DNA of 64,000 nucleotides. Source: Candidatus Versatilivorator sp. GTDB taxonomy: Bacteria; Acidobacteriota; Terriglobia; Versatilivoradales; Versatilivoraceae. The position numbers and the translations under genes are program-made. Below are positions 9,789 to 19,599 of this stretch, in pieces. Within the stretch, counting starts at the first letter, position 1, and the number at the start of each line of letters is the position of its first letter. The stretch lies in assembly GCA_965207735.1 (NCBI GenBank), contig OZ242296.1, positions 96,001 to 160,000 on the forward strand. The letters run 5' to 3'. The notes beneath the pieces were generated by a model. It did not search any database. It was given only the letters and a program-made list of their open reading frames with translations, and was not told the origin of the DNA.

Positions 9789-11275
9789 GAGCCTTTTGCA
9801 AAATTCGCAGATAGCGGGAATTTTCACGTGGGGAAAGATCAAGGAGGGCAGGTGGAAGGAGGGGCAAGACCACTGTCTGTTGTATCATGAAGGTGTCTGA
9901 ACCACATGATGAACGGAGGTGGAACTTGCCCCTTAGGGAAACCCTATCACGACACTGGTTCCGGTTTCAACGAGAGCTGTTTCCCCTGCTGGAGGAAGTT
10001 TTGGGGCCTCTGGGAGAGCGTTACCAGCGGCTGGTGCAGGTATTGGAGTTGGTGCGGGTGGAGGAGTTGCTGCCTTACAGTCGGGGCTGGCGTGGCCGGC
10101 CGCTGGAGGATCGGGCAGTGCTGGCGCGAGCCTATCTGGCGAAGTCGATGCTGGAGGTGGCGACCACGCGGGGATTGGTGGAGCGGCTGAGGAGTGAGGG
10201 GAGGCTGCGGCGGCTGTGCGGCTGGGAGAGGGCGTGGGAGGTACCGAGCGAGTCGACCTTCTCGCGGGCCTTTGCGGAATTCGCTGAGAGCGACCTGCCG
10301 GGGCGTTTGCACGAGGCATTGCTGGAGGAGACGCTGAAGGGCCACTTGGCGGGGCATGTGTCGAGGGACTCGACGGCGATTGCGGGACGGGAAAAGCCAG
10401 CGGCCAAGGCTGCGCCGGAGGCCAAGCGGAAACGCCGGCGGGGCCGGCCGCCGAAGGGCGAGCGACGGCCCAAGCGGTTGAGCCGGCTGGAGCGGCAGGG
10501 GTCGATGACGCTGGAGGAAATGTTGAAGGAGTTGCCCAAGGCCTGCGACATCGGCGTCAAGCGCAACGCCAAGGGGCATCAGGAGAGCTGGACCGGCTAC
10601 AAGCTACACCTCGACGCCATTGACGGCGGGATTCCGGTCAGTTGTCTGCTGACCTCGGCCTCGGTGCATGACTCTCAGGCAGCCATTCCGCTGGCGACGC
10701 TGACGGCAAGGCGGGTCGAGAGTCTCTACGACTTGATGGACAGCGCCTACGATGCGCCGGAGATCCGGGCCTTCAGTGAGAAGCTGGGGCATGTGCCGAT
10801 TATTGACGTCAACCCCCGCCGAAGAGCTACCTTGAAAGCCGAGCGGAAGCGGGAGGCACTGGCCCGGCGCTGTATCGGCCAAGTGACTCCCGAGGCGCGG
10901 CGCTACCGGGAACGCTCGACGGTGGAGCGGGTCAACGGACGGCTCAAGGAGGAGTTTGGCGGGAGGCAGGTGAGGGTTCGCGGCCCCGACAAGGTGAGGT
11001 GCCACCTGATGTTCGGCATTCTGGCCCTGACGGTGGATCAGTTGATGCGCCTGACGCTCTGAAGACCGGGTTGCCACCCCCAACCGCACAGCAGGTTCGC
11101 CCGCCTCAAGGCCGGGAGAGGGTAAGCTGTGCCTGCGTCCGGCGACCGCTGGCCATCCGGCCATCAGATTCGGGCTTTTTCCTTCAAAAGGGTCTTTGCA
11201 GCTGGGTAGTCACCGCCGGAACATCACTGTTGCCAGCCCAATGTCATGCCCGATTCCGAATTTTGCAAAAGGCTC
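9789..11275 (+). mobile_element. Complete insertion sequence (IS5/IS1182-like DDE element), 1487 bp
   Basis: Perfect 19-bp TIRs gagccttttgcaaaattcg (9789-9807) / cgaattttgcaaaaggctc (11257-11275); AGGA target duplication at 9785-9788 and 11276-11279. Confidence 0.93.
9887..11062 (+). CDS. DDE transposase
   Basis: DSTAI, GYKLH, DSAYD and Y-x2-R-x2-VER-x-N motifs; PSESTFSR helix-turn-helix region. Confidence 0.93.
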   Translation: MKVSEPHDERRWNLPLRETLSRHWFRFQRELFPLLEEVLGPLGERYQRLVQVLELVRVEELLPYSRGWRGRPLEDRAVLARAYLAKSMLEVATTRGLVERLRSEGRLRRLCGWERAWEVPSESTFSRAFAEFAESDLPGRLHEALLEETLKGHLAGHVSRDSTAIAGREKPAAKAAPEAKRKRRRGRPPKGERRPKRLSRLERQGSMTLEEMLKELPKACDIGVKRNAKGHQESWTGYKLHLDAIDGGIPVSCLLTSASVHDSQAAIPLATLTARRVESLYDLMDSAYDAPEIRAFSEKLGHVPIIDVNPRRRATLKAERKREALARRCIGQVTPEARRYRERSTVERVNGRLKEEFGGRQVRVRGPDKVRCHLMFGILALTVDQLMRLTL

Positions 11276-11439
11276 AGGAAAAAGACCTATCCACGAAGGG
11301 GCACGAAGAACGACGAAGGGCCACTAAGGCGCTGAGGTAAACCGCGACGGGGTACCAAGGTCGCGAAGGGATGGTCGATTTCCGATTGTTTCACTCTCGC
11401 ATGATCCACCCCGTGCGGCGGGGCCGGCTAACTACTAAT

Positions 11440-11480
11440 CACTCTCCACTCTCCACTCTCCACTCTTCACTCTTCACTCT
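11440..11480. repeat. Heptamer tandem repeat (CACTCT[C/T])n
   Basis: cactctccactctccactctccactcttcactcttcactct; the reverse complement of the array occurs at 16771-16802. Confidence 0.8.
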
Positions 11481-11533
11481 TGCCTGAAACAACCCTGTTT
11501 CACTCTCGTATCGTCCGCACGGCAGGGGTGTTG

Positions 11534-12562
11534 CTATCCGCCAGCCTCCAGAATATAGCTGATCACCGTATACACAACGTAAATGGCCAGCATGACCACT
11601 CCATGAGAGCGTCTCAGCCGATCTCGGCCCGGGCGGAGGCCGATCCTCAAGGTCAGCATCAGCAGCAGCATGGTCGGGAACAGAAGAATAAAGAATATGG
11701 GATCGGCGCTCAGACCCACGCGCGTGACCGCCCCCGCGGCTCCCACCACGAACAGGACGTTGAGGATATTGGCGCCGATCACGTTGCCCAGCGCCAACTC
11801 TCCATGGCCCCGAAAGGCGGCGGTGGTAGCGACCACCAGCTCCGGCAGGGAAGTCCCGAAAGCGACCAGCGTGGCCGCGATCACGCTCTCCGGAACCTCT
11901 AGGCGGACGGCGGACTCGGTGACCGCCGGCAGGAGAAGGCGTGCGGAGACCACGACCAGGGCAACCGATCCCACCAACCAGGCGACAATAGTCCCCGTCG
12001 AGTCCGTTTCACCCTGCTCACCCTCTTCCGACACCGGGCTTCTCTCCCGGGCCCAGTGGACCGATTGCCAGACATAACCTGCAAGGGCCAGCAGAAAGGC
12101 GACGGCCACGAATTGGGTGACTCGGCCGCCGCGGCTGAAGGCATCGCCTACCGAGGGCCAGGGGAAACAGGCCAGAACCAACAGAATGACCGCGGCCAAC
12201 TGGATGGCATTCTGCCGCGTGACGATCTTTCGGGCGATCCTCGGTGGATCCAGCAGACAGGACAGCCCCAGAATCAGACCGGTGTTGCAGATGATGGAGC
12301 CGACGGCGTTTCCCAGAGCCAGGCTCGACTGTCCCCGAATGGCAGCCAGAACCGAGACCGCCACCTCCGGCGTGGTGGTCCCCAGGCTCACAATGGTGGC
12401 TCCGATCACGACCTCGGGAATGCGTGAGCGCTGCGACAGGCTGACGGCCGCCGAGATCAGCCAGTCGGCCGCCTTTCCCAAAATGAGCAGGCTGCCCAGA
12501 ATGACTCCGGTCAGCAGGCTCCAATGGATCTCGGACAAATAGGATTGAAAGGCTTGTTCCAA
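11534..12562 (-). CDS. Calcium/sodium antiporter (CaCA family)
   Basis: Two alpha repeats, GTTTPE...GNAVGS and GTSLPE...GNVIGAN; multiple TM helices. Confidence 0.92.
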   Translation of the reverse strand: MEQAFQSYLSEIHWSLLTGVILGSLLILGKAADWLISAAVSLSQRSRIPEVVIGATIVSLGTTTPEVAVSVLAAIRGQSSLALGNAVGSIICNTGLILGLSCLLDPPRIARKIVTRQNAIQLAAVILLVLACFPWPSVGDAFSRGGRVTQFVAVAFLLALAGYVWQSVHWARERSPVSEEGEQGETDSTGTIVAWLVGSVALVVVSARLLLPAVTESAVRLEVPESVIAATLVAFGTSLPELVVATTAAFRGHGELALGNVIGANILNVLFVVGAAGAVTRVGLSADPIFFILLFPTMLLLMLTLRIGLRPGRDRLRRSHGVVMLAIYVVYTVISYILEAGG

Positions 12563-12684
12563 GGGGTCGAGCGCGGGTCGTGGGGTGAAGGCTATTCAGG
12601 CGGTGAGTGGCTGACGGCGACACTCGCCCGGGACTCGGCGGGTACCGCAGGCAGGATGCTATTCGTTTCCGTCCCGGATGGCAA

Positions 12685-13290
12685 TCAAATCCCGCCTCCG
12701 GCGCTTTCACCAGCCACCTTCCCACGCGGGGCCGGCTCCAGATGCACGTCGTAGTTCTGGGTGACCGGGATGCAGAAAGTGTCGGCGTCGTCGCAGGCGA
12801 AGTAGCGCACGGTAAGGTGCAAAGGCCGGTCTCGTCCGGTGGCGGCGATGTCCAGCAGGAACTCCCGCGGGTCCTTGTCGGCGGGTTGCTCCACCTTGGG
12901 GCCGGTTGCGCGGCTGGGCGTGACTCGGACTCCCTCGGCAGTTTCCAGCCGGAATTCCAGCGGCTTGACCCGGTTGTTCCAGTGGACGGCATAGCCTGGA
13001 TCCAGGTGGAAACCGAGATAGAGCTTGCCCTCTCCCCGAGTCAGAAAGGGTCGATCCACCTCAGCCCGCAGGGTGGCGTAGTAGGGGATGGGCCTTTTCC
13101 GCTTTCCCGGCACGATCTTCAGCGGGACCATTCCGGCAGGGCGCCGGACCCCGGGAACGATGCCGGAGGGAATTTTCCGGTTGGGACGACCGGACTTTGC
13201 CTCCGTCTGCGGCTCGGCTGCCCCGGACCGTTCCATGCTGACGAGCGTCAGGGCAAAAAGTCCCAACCCAACCCATGCGGTTGCACGCAT
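12685..13290 (-). CDS. Secreted hypothetical protein, DsbD N-terminal-like domain with a C-x6-C pair
   Basis: Signal peptide MRATAWVGLGLFAL, AGGAAG RBS, FHLDPGYAVHW, YFACDDADTFC; real start is inside the 602-aa ORF. Confidence 0.7.
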   Translation of the reverse strand: MRATAWVGLGLFALTLVSMERSGAAEPQTEAKSGRPNRKIPSGIVPGVRRPAGMVPLKIVPGKRKRPIPYYATLRAEVDRPFLTRGEGKLYLGFHLDPGYAVHWNNRVKPLEFRLETAEGVRVTPSRATGPKVEQPADKDPREFLLDIAATGRDRPLHLTVRYFACDDADTFCIPVTQNYDVHLEPAPRGKVAGESAGGGI

Positions 13291-14768
13291 CACCGTTCTT
13301 CCTCCCCTTGTAGTGTATCGCCTGTCGAACGGCAGCCGCCACCCGTTTGGTAGGCTCCGCCTGTACCGGCGCGGTGTCCCCGCAGTGAGGGCGTCCGGCC
13401 CTCTCTGAGCTCTGTGGACTTGCGGGTCCAGACCGCCAGCAGCACCGCGCCGATGCCAATCAGCCCGGCCGACAGTCCGACCCACAGGCCCTGGACCCCC
13501 CAATTGAAATGAAAGCAGAGAAGATAGCCCAGCACCATGCCCACCGGCCAGTGTCCGATCAGGTTGACCACCATGGGCGTTCTGGTATCGGCGGCGCCTC
13601 TCAGGATCCCGGTAGCCACCACCTGTATGCCGTCGAAAAACAGGAAAGCCGCGGCGATCAGCAACAGGGACGTTCCGATGGAGATCACCTGCAGGTCCGA
13701 GGTGAAGAGGCGGATGATCCCCTCCGGCAGCAGGACAAAAAACAGACCGGCGACCAGCATGAAGCCGCTTCCCAGCAGCAGGGCCATCCAACCCGAATCC
13801 GCCGCCCGCCGTGGATCTCCACGGCCGATTTCCCGGCCCACCAGTACCGCTCCGGCCGAGGAGACACCCAGCGGAACCATGAACACGAAGCCGGCCGCGT
13901 TCAGCGCGATCTGGTGGGCGGCCACCGCTGCCGGCTCCAGCTTTCCCGCCAGCGACGTCACGGTGGCAAAGACCCCCACCTCCAGGGTGGTCTGCAGCGA
14001 TGCCGGAAGACCCAGGTTCACCAGGCGGCGCATTCTGTCCAGGTCGGGCCAGAAAGAGATCCGTAGAAGGGGTGTCTGCCGGCGGCGGTGGTGACGGAAG
14101 ATGAGCATCGCCAGGCCGAGAGCCATGTAGAGGCGCGAGATGCAGGTGGCCCAGCCCGCGCCCTCGACCCCCATGGCGGGGAACCCCAATTTGCCGAATA
14201 TGAGCACCCAGTTGGAGCCGACGTTCACCAGGTTGGCGGTGACCAGCACCACCATGATCCCCTTGACTCGCCCGATTCCCTGCAGGTAGCGGCGAAAGTT
14301 GTTGTAGAGCATCAGGGGGAAAATGCCCCAGCTCACCGCCACCAGGTAGGGCGGCGTGAGCGCCAGCACCTCGGGGTGGAAGCCCCAGAGTCCCAGGTAG
14401 GGCAGGCTGCCCCAGAGGATGAGCATCATGAGGGGGCTGAGCAGAATACTGAGATGGATGCCGTGCACCAGCCATTCCTGGCATTCCTGCCATTGATTGG
14501 CTCCGTGGGCTTGAGAGACCAGGGTGTCCAACCCCAGCGACAGCCCCATTCCCAGGATGGTTGCCGCCAGGAAAACCGCCGTTCCGATGCTCACGGCCCC
14601 GATGGCTTCCGCACTCAGGCGCCCCACCATCATGGTGTCCACCAGGCTCATGGTCATCCAGCCCAACTCGGTCGTGGCCACCGGGACCGACAGCCAGACC
14701 ATCGGTTTCAGTTCGCGCAGCAGTCTGACACGGGGATCCTTCGGAGCGGGATAGGGGATGGGGGACAT
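13290..14768 (-). CDS. MATE family efflux transporter (NorM-like)
   Basis: VDTMMVG, DTLVSQAHGA, FFDGIQVV...GILRGAADT; about 12 TM helices. Confidence 0.93.
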   Translation of the reverse strand: MSPIPYPAPKDPRVRLLRELKPMVWLSVPVATTELGWMTMSLVDTMMVGRLSAEAIGAVSIGTAVFLAATILGMGLSLGLDTLVSQAHGANQWQECQEWLVHGIHLSILLSPLMMLILWGSLPYLGLWGFHPEVLALTPPYLVAVSWGIFPLMLYNNFRRYLQGIGRVKGIMVVLVTANLVNVGSNWVLIFGKLGFPAMGVEGAGWATCISRLYMALGLAMLIFRHHRRRQTPLLRISFWPDLDRMRRLVNLGLPASLQTTLEVGVFATVTSLAGKLEPAAVAAHQIALNAAGFVFMVPLGVSSAGAVLVGREIGRGDPRRAADSGWMALLLGSGFMLVAGLFFVLLPEGIIRLFTSDLQVISIGTSLLLIAAAFLFFDGIQVVATGILRGAADTRTPMVVNLIGHWPVGMVLGYLLCFHFNWGVQGLWVGLSAGLIGIGAVLLAVWTRKSTELREGRTPSLRGHRAGTGGAYQTGGGCRSTGDTLQGEEER

Positions 14769-14936
14769 TCTTTTTGTTTTGTGGTTTGGGAAGTTACTCC
14801 GTAAACTCTCGGCACGTTCCAGTCGGCCCGACGAGCGTCAGGGAACGACAGCCGGACGACTGGGAAATTGTTGCCGGGAGCGAGCCGACGGCGGTGGGAG
14901 ACGGTTCATTCAACGAGAAAAGGAGGTCCCTTGGTC

Positions 14937-16040
14937 ATGAGACAGGAATCCAATTTAGCAAAAAACAGGCCCATGGAGCGCCGGGAATTTCTGCGGGCGG
15001 CAGGGAAAATTGCCGCCGTCACCGCCATGACCTCGGAGGCCTTCGGACGCAACTTCGGCCCTGAGGCGGAGCCGGTGCGCTACCCGGAGCCAGACGTGGT
15101 GGCTCTCGACGAGCGCTTCAAATACAAGCTGGGGAATTCACCCATTCTGCGCCTGCACCGCGGGACCCTGTGGGCCGAAGGGCCGGCCTGGAACGGCGTC
15201 GGCCGCTACCTGCTATGGAGCGACATCCCCACCAACGAGCAGCTTCGCTGGCTGGAGGAAGACGGCCACGTGGCCCGGCGGTTTCGCTTTCCCTCGGGGA
15301 ATTCCAACGGGAACACCTTTGACTTTCAGGGCCGCCAGATCGCCTGCGAGCACGGCAACCGCAGGGTGGTACGCTACGAGTTCAACGGAGGAATCACGGT
15401 GCTGGCCGATTCCCATGGGGGCAAGTCGCTGAACGCTCCCAACGACGCCGTGGTCCACCCTGAAGACGGCGCCGTCTGGTTTACCGATCCCGGATACGGC
15501 AGCCTGATGAATTACGAGGGGAACCGGGCCGACACGGGATCCCTCCAGCCCTTCCAGAAGGAAGCCATCTACCGGGTCGCCCCCCGGCAGGGCACACTGG
15601 AAAAGGTGGCGGACGACATCTACAAGCCCAACGGGCTCTGCTTTTCTCCCGACTACAAGAAACTCTACGTGGCCGACACCGGGGCCTCACACTATCCGGA
15701 TGCACCCAAGAACATCAAGGTCTGGGACGTGGTGGACCGGAAGCATCTGAGAAACGGCAGAGAGTTCGCTTCCATGGAGTTCATGGGCAAGACCGGTTTC
15801 GCCGACGGTATCCGAGCCGATACCGACGGCAACATATGGGCCAGCGCCGGTTGGGTTGGGGACGGTTACGACGGGGTGCACATCTTCGCTCCCGACGGCG
15901 ACCGCATCGGCTTGATCCGGCTGCCGGAGATCTGCTCCAACGTCTGCTTTGGGGGAACCAAGCGCAACCGGCTGTTCATGACCGGGAGTCAGTCCCTCTA
16001 CGCGGTCTACGTGGAGACGCAGGGAGCCCACCTGACCTGA
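14937..16040 (+). CDS. SMP-30/gluconolactonase family protein with Tat signal
   Basis: RREFL twin-arginine; EGPAW, NAPND, PNGLCFSPD and DGIRAD motifs. Confidence 0.92.
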   Translation: MRQESNLAKNRPMERREFLRAAGKIAAVTAMTSEAFGRNFGPEAEPVRYPEPDVVALDERFKYKLGNSPILRLHRGTLWAEGPAWNGVGRYLLWSDIPTNEQLRWLEEDGHVARRFRFPSGNSNGNTFDFQGRQIACEHGNRRVVRYEFNGGITVLADSHGGKSLNAPNDAVVHPEDGAVWFTDPGYGSLMNYEGNRADTGSLQPFQKEAIYRVAPRQGTLEKVADDIYKPNGLCFSPDYKKLYVADTGASHYPDAPKNIKVWDVVDRKHLRNGREFASMEFMGKTGFADGIRADTDGNIWASAGWVGDGYDGVHIFAPDGDRIGLIRLPEICSNVCFGGTKRNRLFMTGSQSLYAVYVETQGAHLT

Positions 16041-16092
16041 AGCCGTCGGTTTATTTTCCAATTGCGGGTTAGCGGTTCTTTTCACGGGGGCG

Positions 16093-16581
16093 TCAGCTTG
16101 CGTCAGCCTCCACGGTCTTGTCGCCGCGCCTCTTGCCTTTGATGAGAAGCAAAATGGAGCCCAGAACCATACCGATGACCATGGCCATCACGATCCAGAC
16201 CACCAGGTTGCGCACCGGAATTACCAGGTACCCCTGAAAAGCGCCGATGCCCTCGCCCACGTTTCCTCCCATGGCGGTGAGGAAGCGGGACGACTGCCAC
16301 TGCCACAGGAAGGCCATCCAGTAGGTCACCAGCACCATCAGCCGGGTGTAGAGGGTATAGAGGAAAAGGTCCTTGAAAAGCGCTCGGTAGGGACGATCGC
16401 TCCCATACGCCTGGATCTGGTAAGCGAGGTAAAAGGGCACCAGAAAGTGCAGCCAGGCGACCCCCAGAAGATTGTTGATCGAATCGGGCGTGCCCAGTTG
16501 TTCCAGGACAATCCTCAACAGGACCAGGATTGCGGCGACGATCAGGGGCCATTTCAGTCTGTTTCCGGCGTCCGATGCCAT
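16093..16581 (-). CDS. Hypothetical 4-TM membrane protein
   Basis: AAGGAG RBS, four hydrophobic segments. Confidence 0.75.
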   Translation of the reverse strand: MASDAGNRLKWPLIVAAILVLLRIVLEQLGTPDSINNLLGVAWLHFLVPFYLAYQIQAYGSDRPYRALFKDLFLYTLYTRLMVLVTYWMAFLWQWQSSRFLTAMGGNVGEGIGAFQGYLVIPVRNLVVWIVMAMVIGMVLGSILLLIKGKRRGDKTVEADAS

Positions 16582-16770
16582 GGGTTGTCTCCTTGGGATT
16601 CAGTCGATGTCGGTAGCCTGTAGCATATCACGGCCCGGAGCTTGGAACGATTCCCCCCGGTCGGAGTTGGGGGTTGGCACGCGTCACCGGATCCGGGAAG
16701 GAGAGGCCTATTCCGTGGTTGGCCAGCCCTCCGTCCTCGACGACGGGACGGATCATTCAGGGTGAAATAT

Positions 16771-16802
16771 AGTGAAGAGTGAAGAGTGAAGAGTGAAGAG
16801 TG
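16771..16802. repeat. Heptamer tandem repeat (AGTGAAG)n
   Basis: agtgaagagtgaagagtgaagagtgaagagtg. Confidence 0.8.
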
Positions 16803-16989
16803 GTCAGCGGAGGGTTTCGGGAACAGGCAAGCACCTGATGAACTGACTGGGCTTATTTGAAAGACTGCGCCGAGACCGACAAGTTGCATTACCTGTCGAT
16901 CAAATAACTATCCACTATCCACTCTTCACTTTTGCCTGGCCTAGCCGCCGTCCCATACGACGGGGCGGCTCAAAAAGGGTGAAACCAGA

Positions 16990-18486
16990 GTGTTTCGAAC
17001 AAGAGTTGGTCCCTTGATCGGGTGTCTCTTTGTGGCTGCAGGCGGCGGCTCGGCACGAGCCCTGGATTTTGTGCAGCAGATCGCTCCCGGAGTCCATCTG
17101 GCCGGTTTTGCCGACCGCTTTGGTTCCGCCAACTGCGGTTGGATCGAGTTGGAGGATCGGACGGTGCTGATCGACCTGCCGCATGGGATCGGGGCGGAAG
17201 CATTCCTGGCGACTGTTGCCCGAACCAGTTCCAAGCCGGTCCGCTCGCTGTTGCTCACCAGCGCGCCGGATCCGGAAAATCAAACGCTGCAGGCACTCAG
17301 GGCGCGAGGCGTCGAAGTGATTGAGGGTGGCGCGGCGCGCAGGGAAATCTCGTTCGGTAATGGGCTGGGACGTATCGAAGCCATCCCCTGCGACGACGGC
17401 CTGAAACCCCCAGCGGCAGCCTTCTATCTGCCGCGTGAGCGGATCCTGTTTGCAGGTCGTATGGTTATTCACGGCCCGCGGGCCGATCTGACCGGCCGGG
17501 ACACCCTGGCCTGGACGGCTACGTTGCGGAAACTGAAACAGCTCGGGTCCAAGCGGGTGGTTCCGGGCTCCGGCAGCTGGGAGGGAGAGGATCTGCTGGG
17601 TCGCCAGATGGGGTATCTGGCCGAGTTGCGCCGCCAGGTGGCGTACGGGATCTGCCTGGGCCTCCCGCTGGAGGAGATCCGTAACAGGATCCTGTTGCCC
17701 GCTTCCTACTATGCCTGGCCGCCCTACGGTGAGCCGACCGCCGAAGACATCGAGCACCTGTTCCGGGAACAGACGGTCCCCACGGCTCCCTTCGGACGGC
17801 AAGGGCCCCCCAGGCAAGGCCAGAAACCTCAGGCCCTGGTCCTAATCGGCGACCGCTTTCACGAACCGGAGCACATCCAGGCGGGCTTGGAACCGGTCTT
17901 CAAGGCGAACGGGGTGACCCCCCACTTTGCCGTCGACGTCCGGGCGCTCTCGGCCGAAAACCTGGCTCGGGTCCAACTGCTGGTGGTCTTGAAGGACGGC
18001 ATGCTGTGGCCGGAGGGAAATGACCGTCCCTACCGGCAGTGGATGACCAGGGAGCAGCAGAATGCGGTGGTGGAATTCGTGAAAGGCGGCGGGGGATTCC
18101 TCAATCTGCACAACTCCATGGGACTGTACCCCGAGGGCTCCTACCTCGACCTGGTGGGAGGGCGCTATGAGGGGCACGGGCCTCTGGAGAGATTCGGGGT
18201 GGAGGTGGTGGATGGGGAGCACCCCGTTACACGGGGCGTGAGCAGCTTCTTCGTGGCCGACGAGCAGCACACGCCTTCTTACGATGCGCAGAAGGTGTCG
18301 TTGCTGCTGAGGAATCGGTCGGATCAGGGCAAGGCGGGCGCAGCCGGATGGGCCTATCAGGCCGGCCAGGGACGCCTGTGTCACCTGGCCAACGGCCATA
18401 CCCGGGAGTCCCTGGACCACCCGATGTTTCAGCGCCTGTTGCGGAACGCCGTCAAGTGGTGTCTGGCTTTGCCGGACCGCCGATAG
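16990..18486 (+). CDS. Secreted fusion of a degenerate metallo-beta-lactamase fold and a ThuA-like domain
   Basis: N-terminal NCGWI...VLID and RVVPG MBL-like elements; C-terminal FVKGGGGFLNLHNS and GRLCHLANGH ThuA motifs. Confidence 0.75.
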   Translation: MFRTRVGPLIGCLFVAAGGGSARALDFVQQIAPGVHLAGFADRFGSANCGWIELEDRTVLIDLPHGIGAEAFLATVARTSSKPVRSLLLTSAPDPENQTLQALRARGVEVIEGGAARREISFGNGLGRIEAIPCDDGLKPPAAAFYLPRERILFAGRMVIHGPRADLTGRDTLAWTATLRKLKQLGSKRVVPGSGSWEGEDLLGRQMGYLAELRRQVAYGICLGLPLEEIRNRILLPASYYAWPPYGEPTAEDIEHLFREQTVPTAPFGRQGPPRQGQKPQALVLIGDRFHEPEHIQAGLEPVFKANGVTPHFAVDVRALSAENLARVQLLVVLKDGMLWPEGNDRPYRQWMTREQQNAVVEFVKGGGGFLNLHNSMGLYPEGSYLDLVGGRYEGHGPLERFGVEVVDGEHPVTRGVSSFFVADEQHTPSYDAQKVSLLLRNRSDQGKAGAAGWAYQAGQGRLCHLANGHTRESLDHPMFQRLLRNAVKWCLALPDRR

Positions 18487-18531
18487 CCATCGGCTCCGAT
18501 CCGGCTCCCTGCCTGATGGGACAGGGCGCGA

Positions 18532-19599
18532 TCAGTTCTGATTTTTCTTCTTTCTCTCCTCCTCCGCCGAGAAGGTGGTTTTTACCTTTTGGGAGAAAGC
18601 CGTGATCATGGTCTTGGCCTCCAACGCGTGGGACCCGGTGGGAGCGATCTCCAGATATCTCTGATAAGCCTCCAGGGTGCCGGGAGCAGGGATCTGCTGA
18701 CCATCTTCGGTGACCGTGGCCATGCTGACCAGGGTGACAGCCAACTGGTACTGGGCCTCGGCGTTCTTGGGGTCGGCCTTCAGGGATTTTTTGAAGGCTT
18801 CTACCGCCTCGGCGGACTTCCCGGTTCGCACGAATGCCGCCGCGATTCTGAAGTAGACATCGGACAGTTTTTCGGGTGCCACCTCGGCGATCTTTGCAGC
18901 TGCCGCATACGCCTCAGTGCCCTTGCCGGCCATGGCCAGGGCTGAAGCCATGCTCCTCCGGTAAGCCACTTCAGAGTTGGGATTGGACTTCTTCTTTCCC
19001 AGGGCGGTGAGAGCGCTCTGGTAGCTTCCGACGGCCTGGTCGTATTTTCTCATCTGCCGGTAGGTGTCGCCCAGAAAGGCGTGGATCACATGCTGATCGG
19101 GGTCCAACTTGGCGGCCCTTTGGAAGGCCAGGGCGGCCATGGTGAAGTTTTTCTTCATGAACATGTCCCGCCCCTGCTGAAACTCCTCGTTCAGCTTGGC
19201 GTAGGCGGCGTCATTACCCCCTCCTCCTTTGGACGTGCGAAGAGCGATGGGAGGCATGACGCGAGTGTCCCTTCCTCCCAGGCACTCGGATCCGGGGCTG
19301 CAGACGTCGACGACGTTCTCCCAGACCTTGTCGTTGTCGATGTGCACCGAAACCTTGTAACGCCCGATGGGAATGAAGTAGCGGTTGAAGCGGCCCTTCT
19401 TGTTGGTCTTGGCCTCGATGGGTTTTCCGGCCCGCCCCAGGTTCTCGAACTGGATTATGGCATCTTTAACGGGTTGACCGTCGAGGGTGACGACTCCTTC
19501 GACGGTGCCTCTTTGAGCCAGGGCTTCCGGCGGCTCAGCCAGCGCCGCAAAGGTCAGAACCAGGCCACAGGCCAAATAGAATTTCCAATGTTTCCTCAT
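18532..19599 (-). CDS. Carboxypeptidase-regulatory-like domain plus TPR repeat protein
   Basis: Signal peptide, GTVEGVVT..G.PV...KTNKKG, TPR helices, EAYQRYLEIAPTG. Confidence 0.85.
   Translation of the reverse strand: MRKHWKFYLACGLVLTFAALAEPPEALAQRGTVEGVVTLDGQPVKDAIIQFENLGRAGKPIEAKTNKKGRFNRYFIPIGRYKVSVHIDNDKVWENVVDVCSPGSECLGGRDTRVMPPIALRTSKGGGGNDAAYAKLNEEFQQGRDMFMKKNFTMAALAFQRAAKLDPDQHVIHAFLGDTYRQMRKYDQAVGSYQSALTALGKKKSNPNSEVAYRRSMASALAMAGKGTEAYAAAAKIAEVAPEKLSDVYFRIAAAFVRTGKSAEAVEAFKKSLKADPKNAEAQYQLAVTLVSMATVTEDGQQIPAPGTLEAYQRYLEIAPTGSHALEAKTMITAFSQKVKTTFSAEEERKKKNQN

Larger units (their letters stand above)
9580..11410 (+). repeat. Tandem ~180-bp intergenic repeat, second copy interrupted by an IS
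   Basis: Copy 1 is ~9580-9760. Copy 2 is 9761-9788 plus 11276-11410. They share ctgaaacaaacgaaaaaagacaaa and ccacgaaggggcacgaagaacgacgaagggccac...gattgtttcactctcg. Confidence 0.85.

Noticed and set aside
12685-14493. 602-aa ORF as a single protein
   Set aside because: The first ~400 codons overlap the MATE gene in another frame. The real gene begins at 13290 with an RBS and signal peptide.
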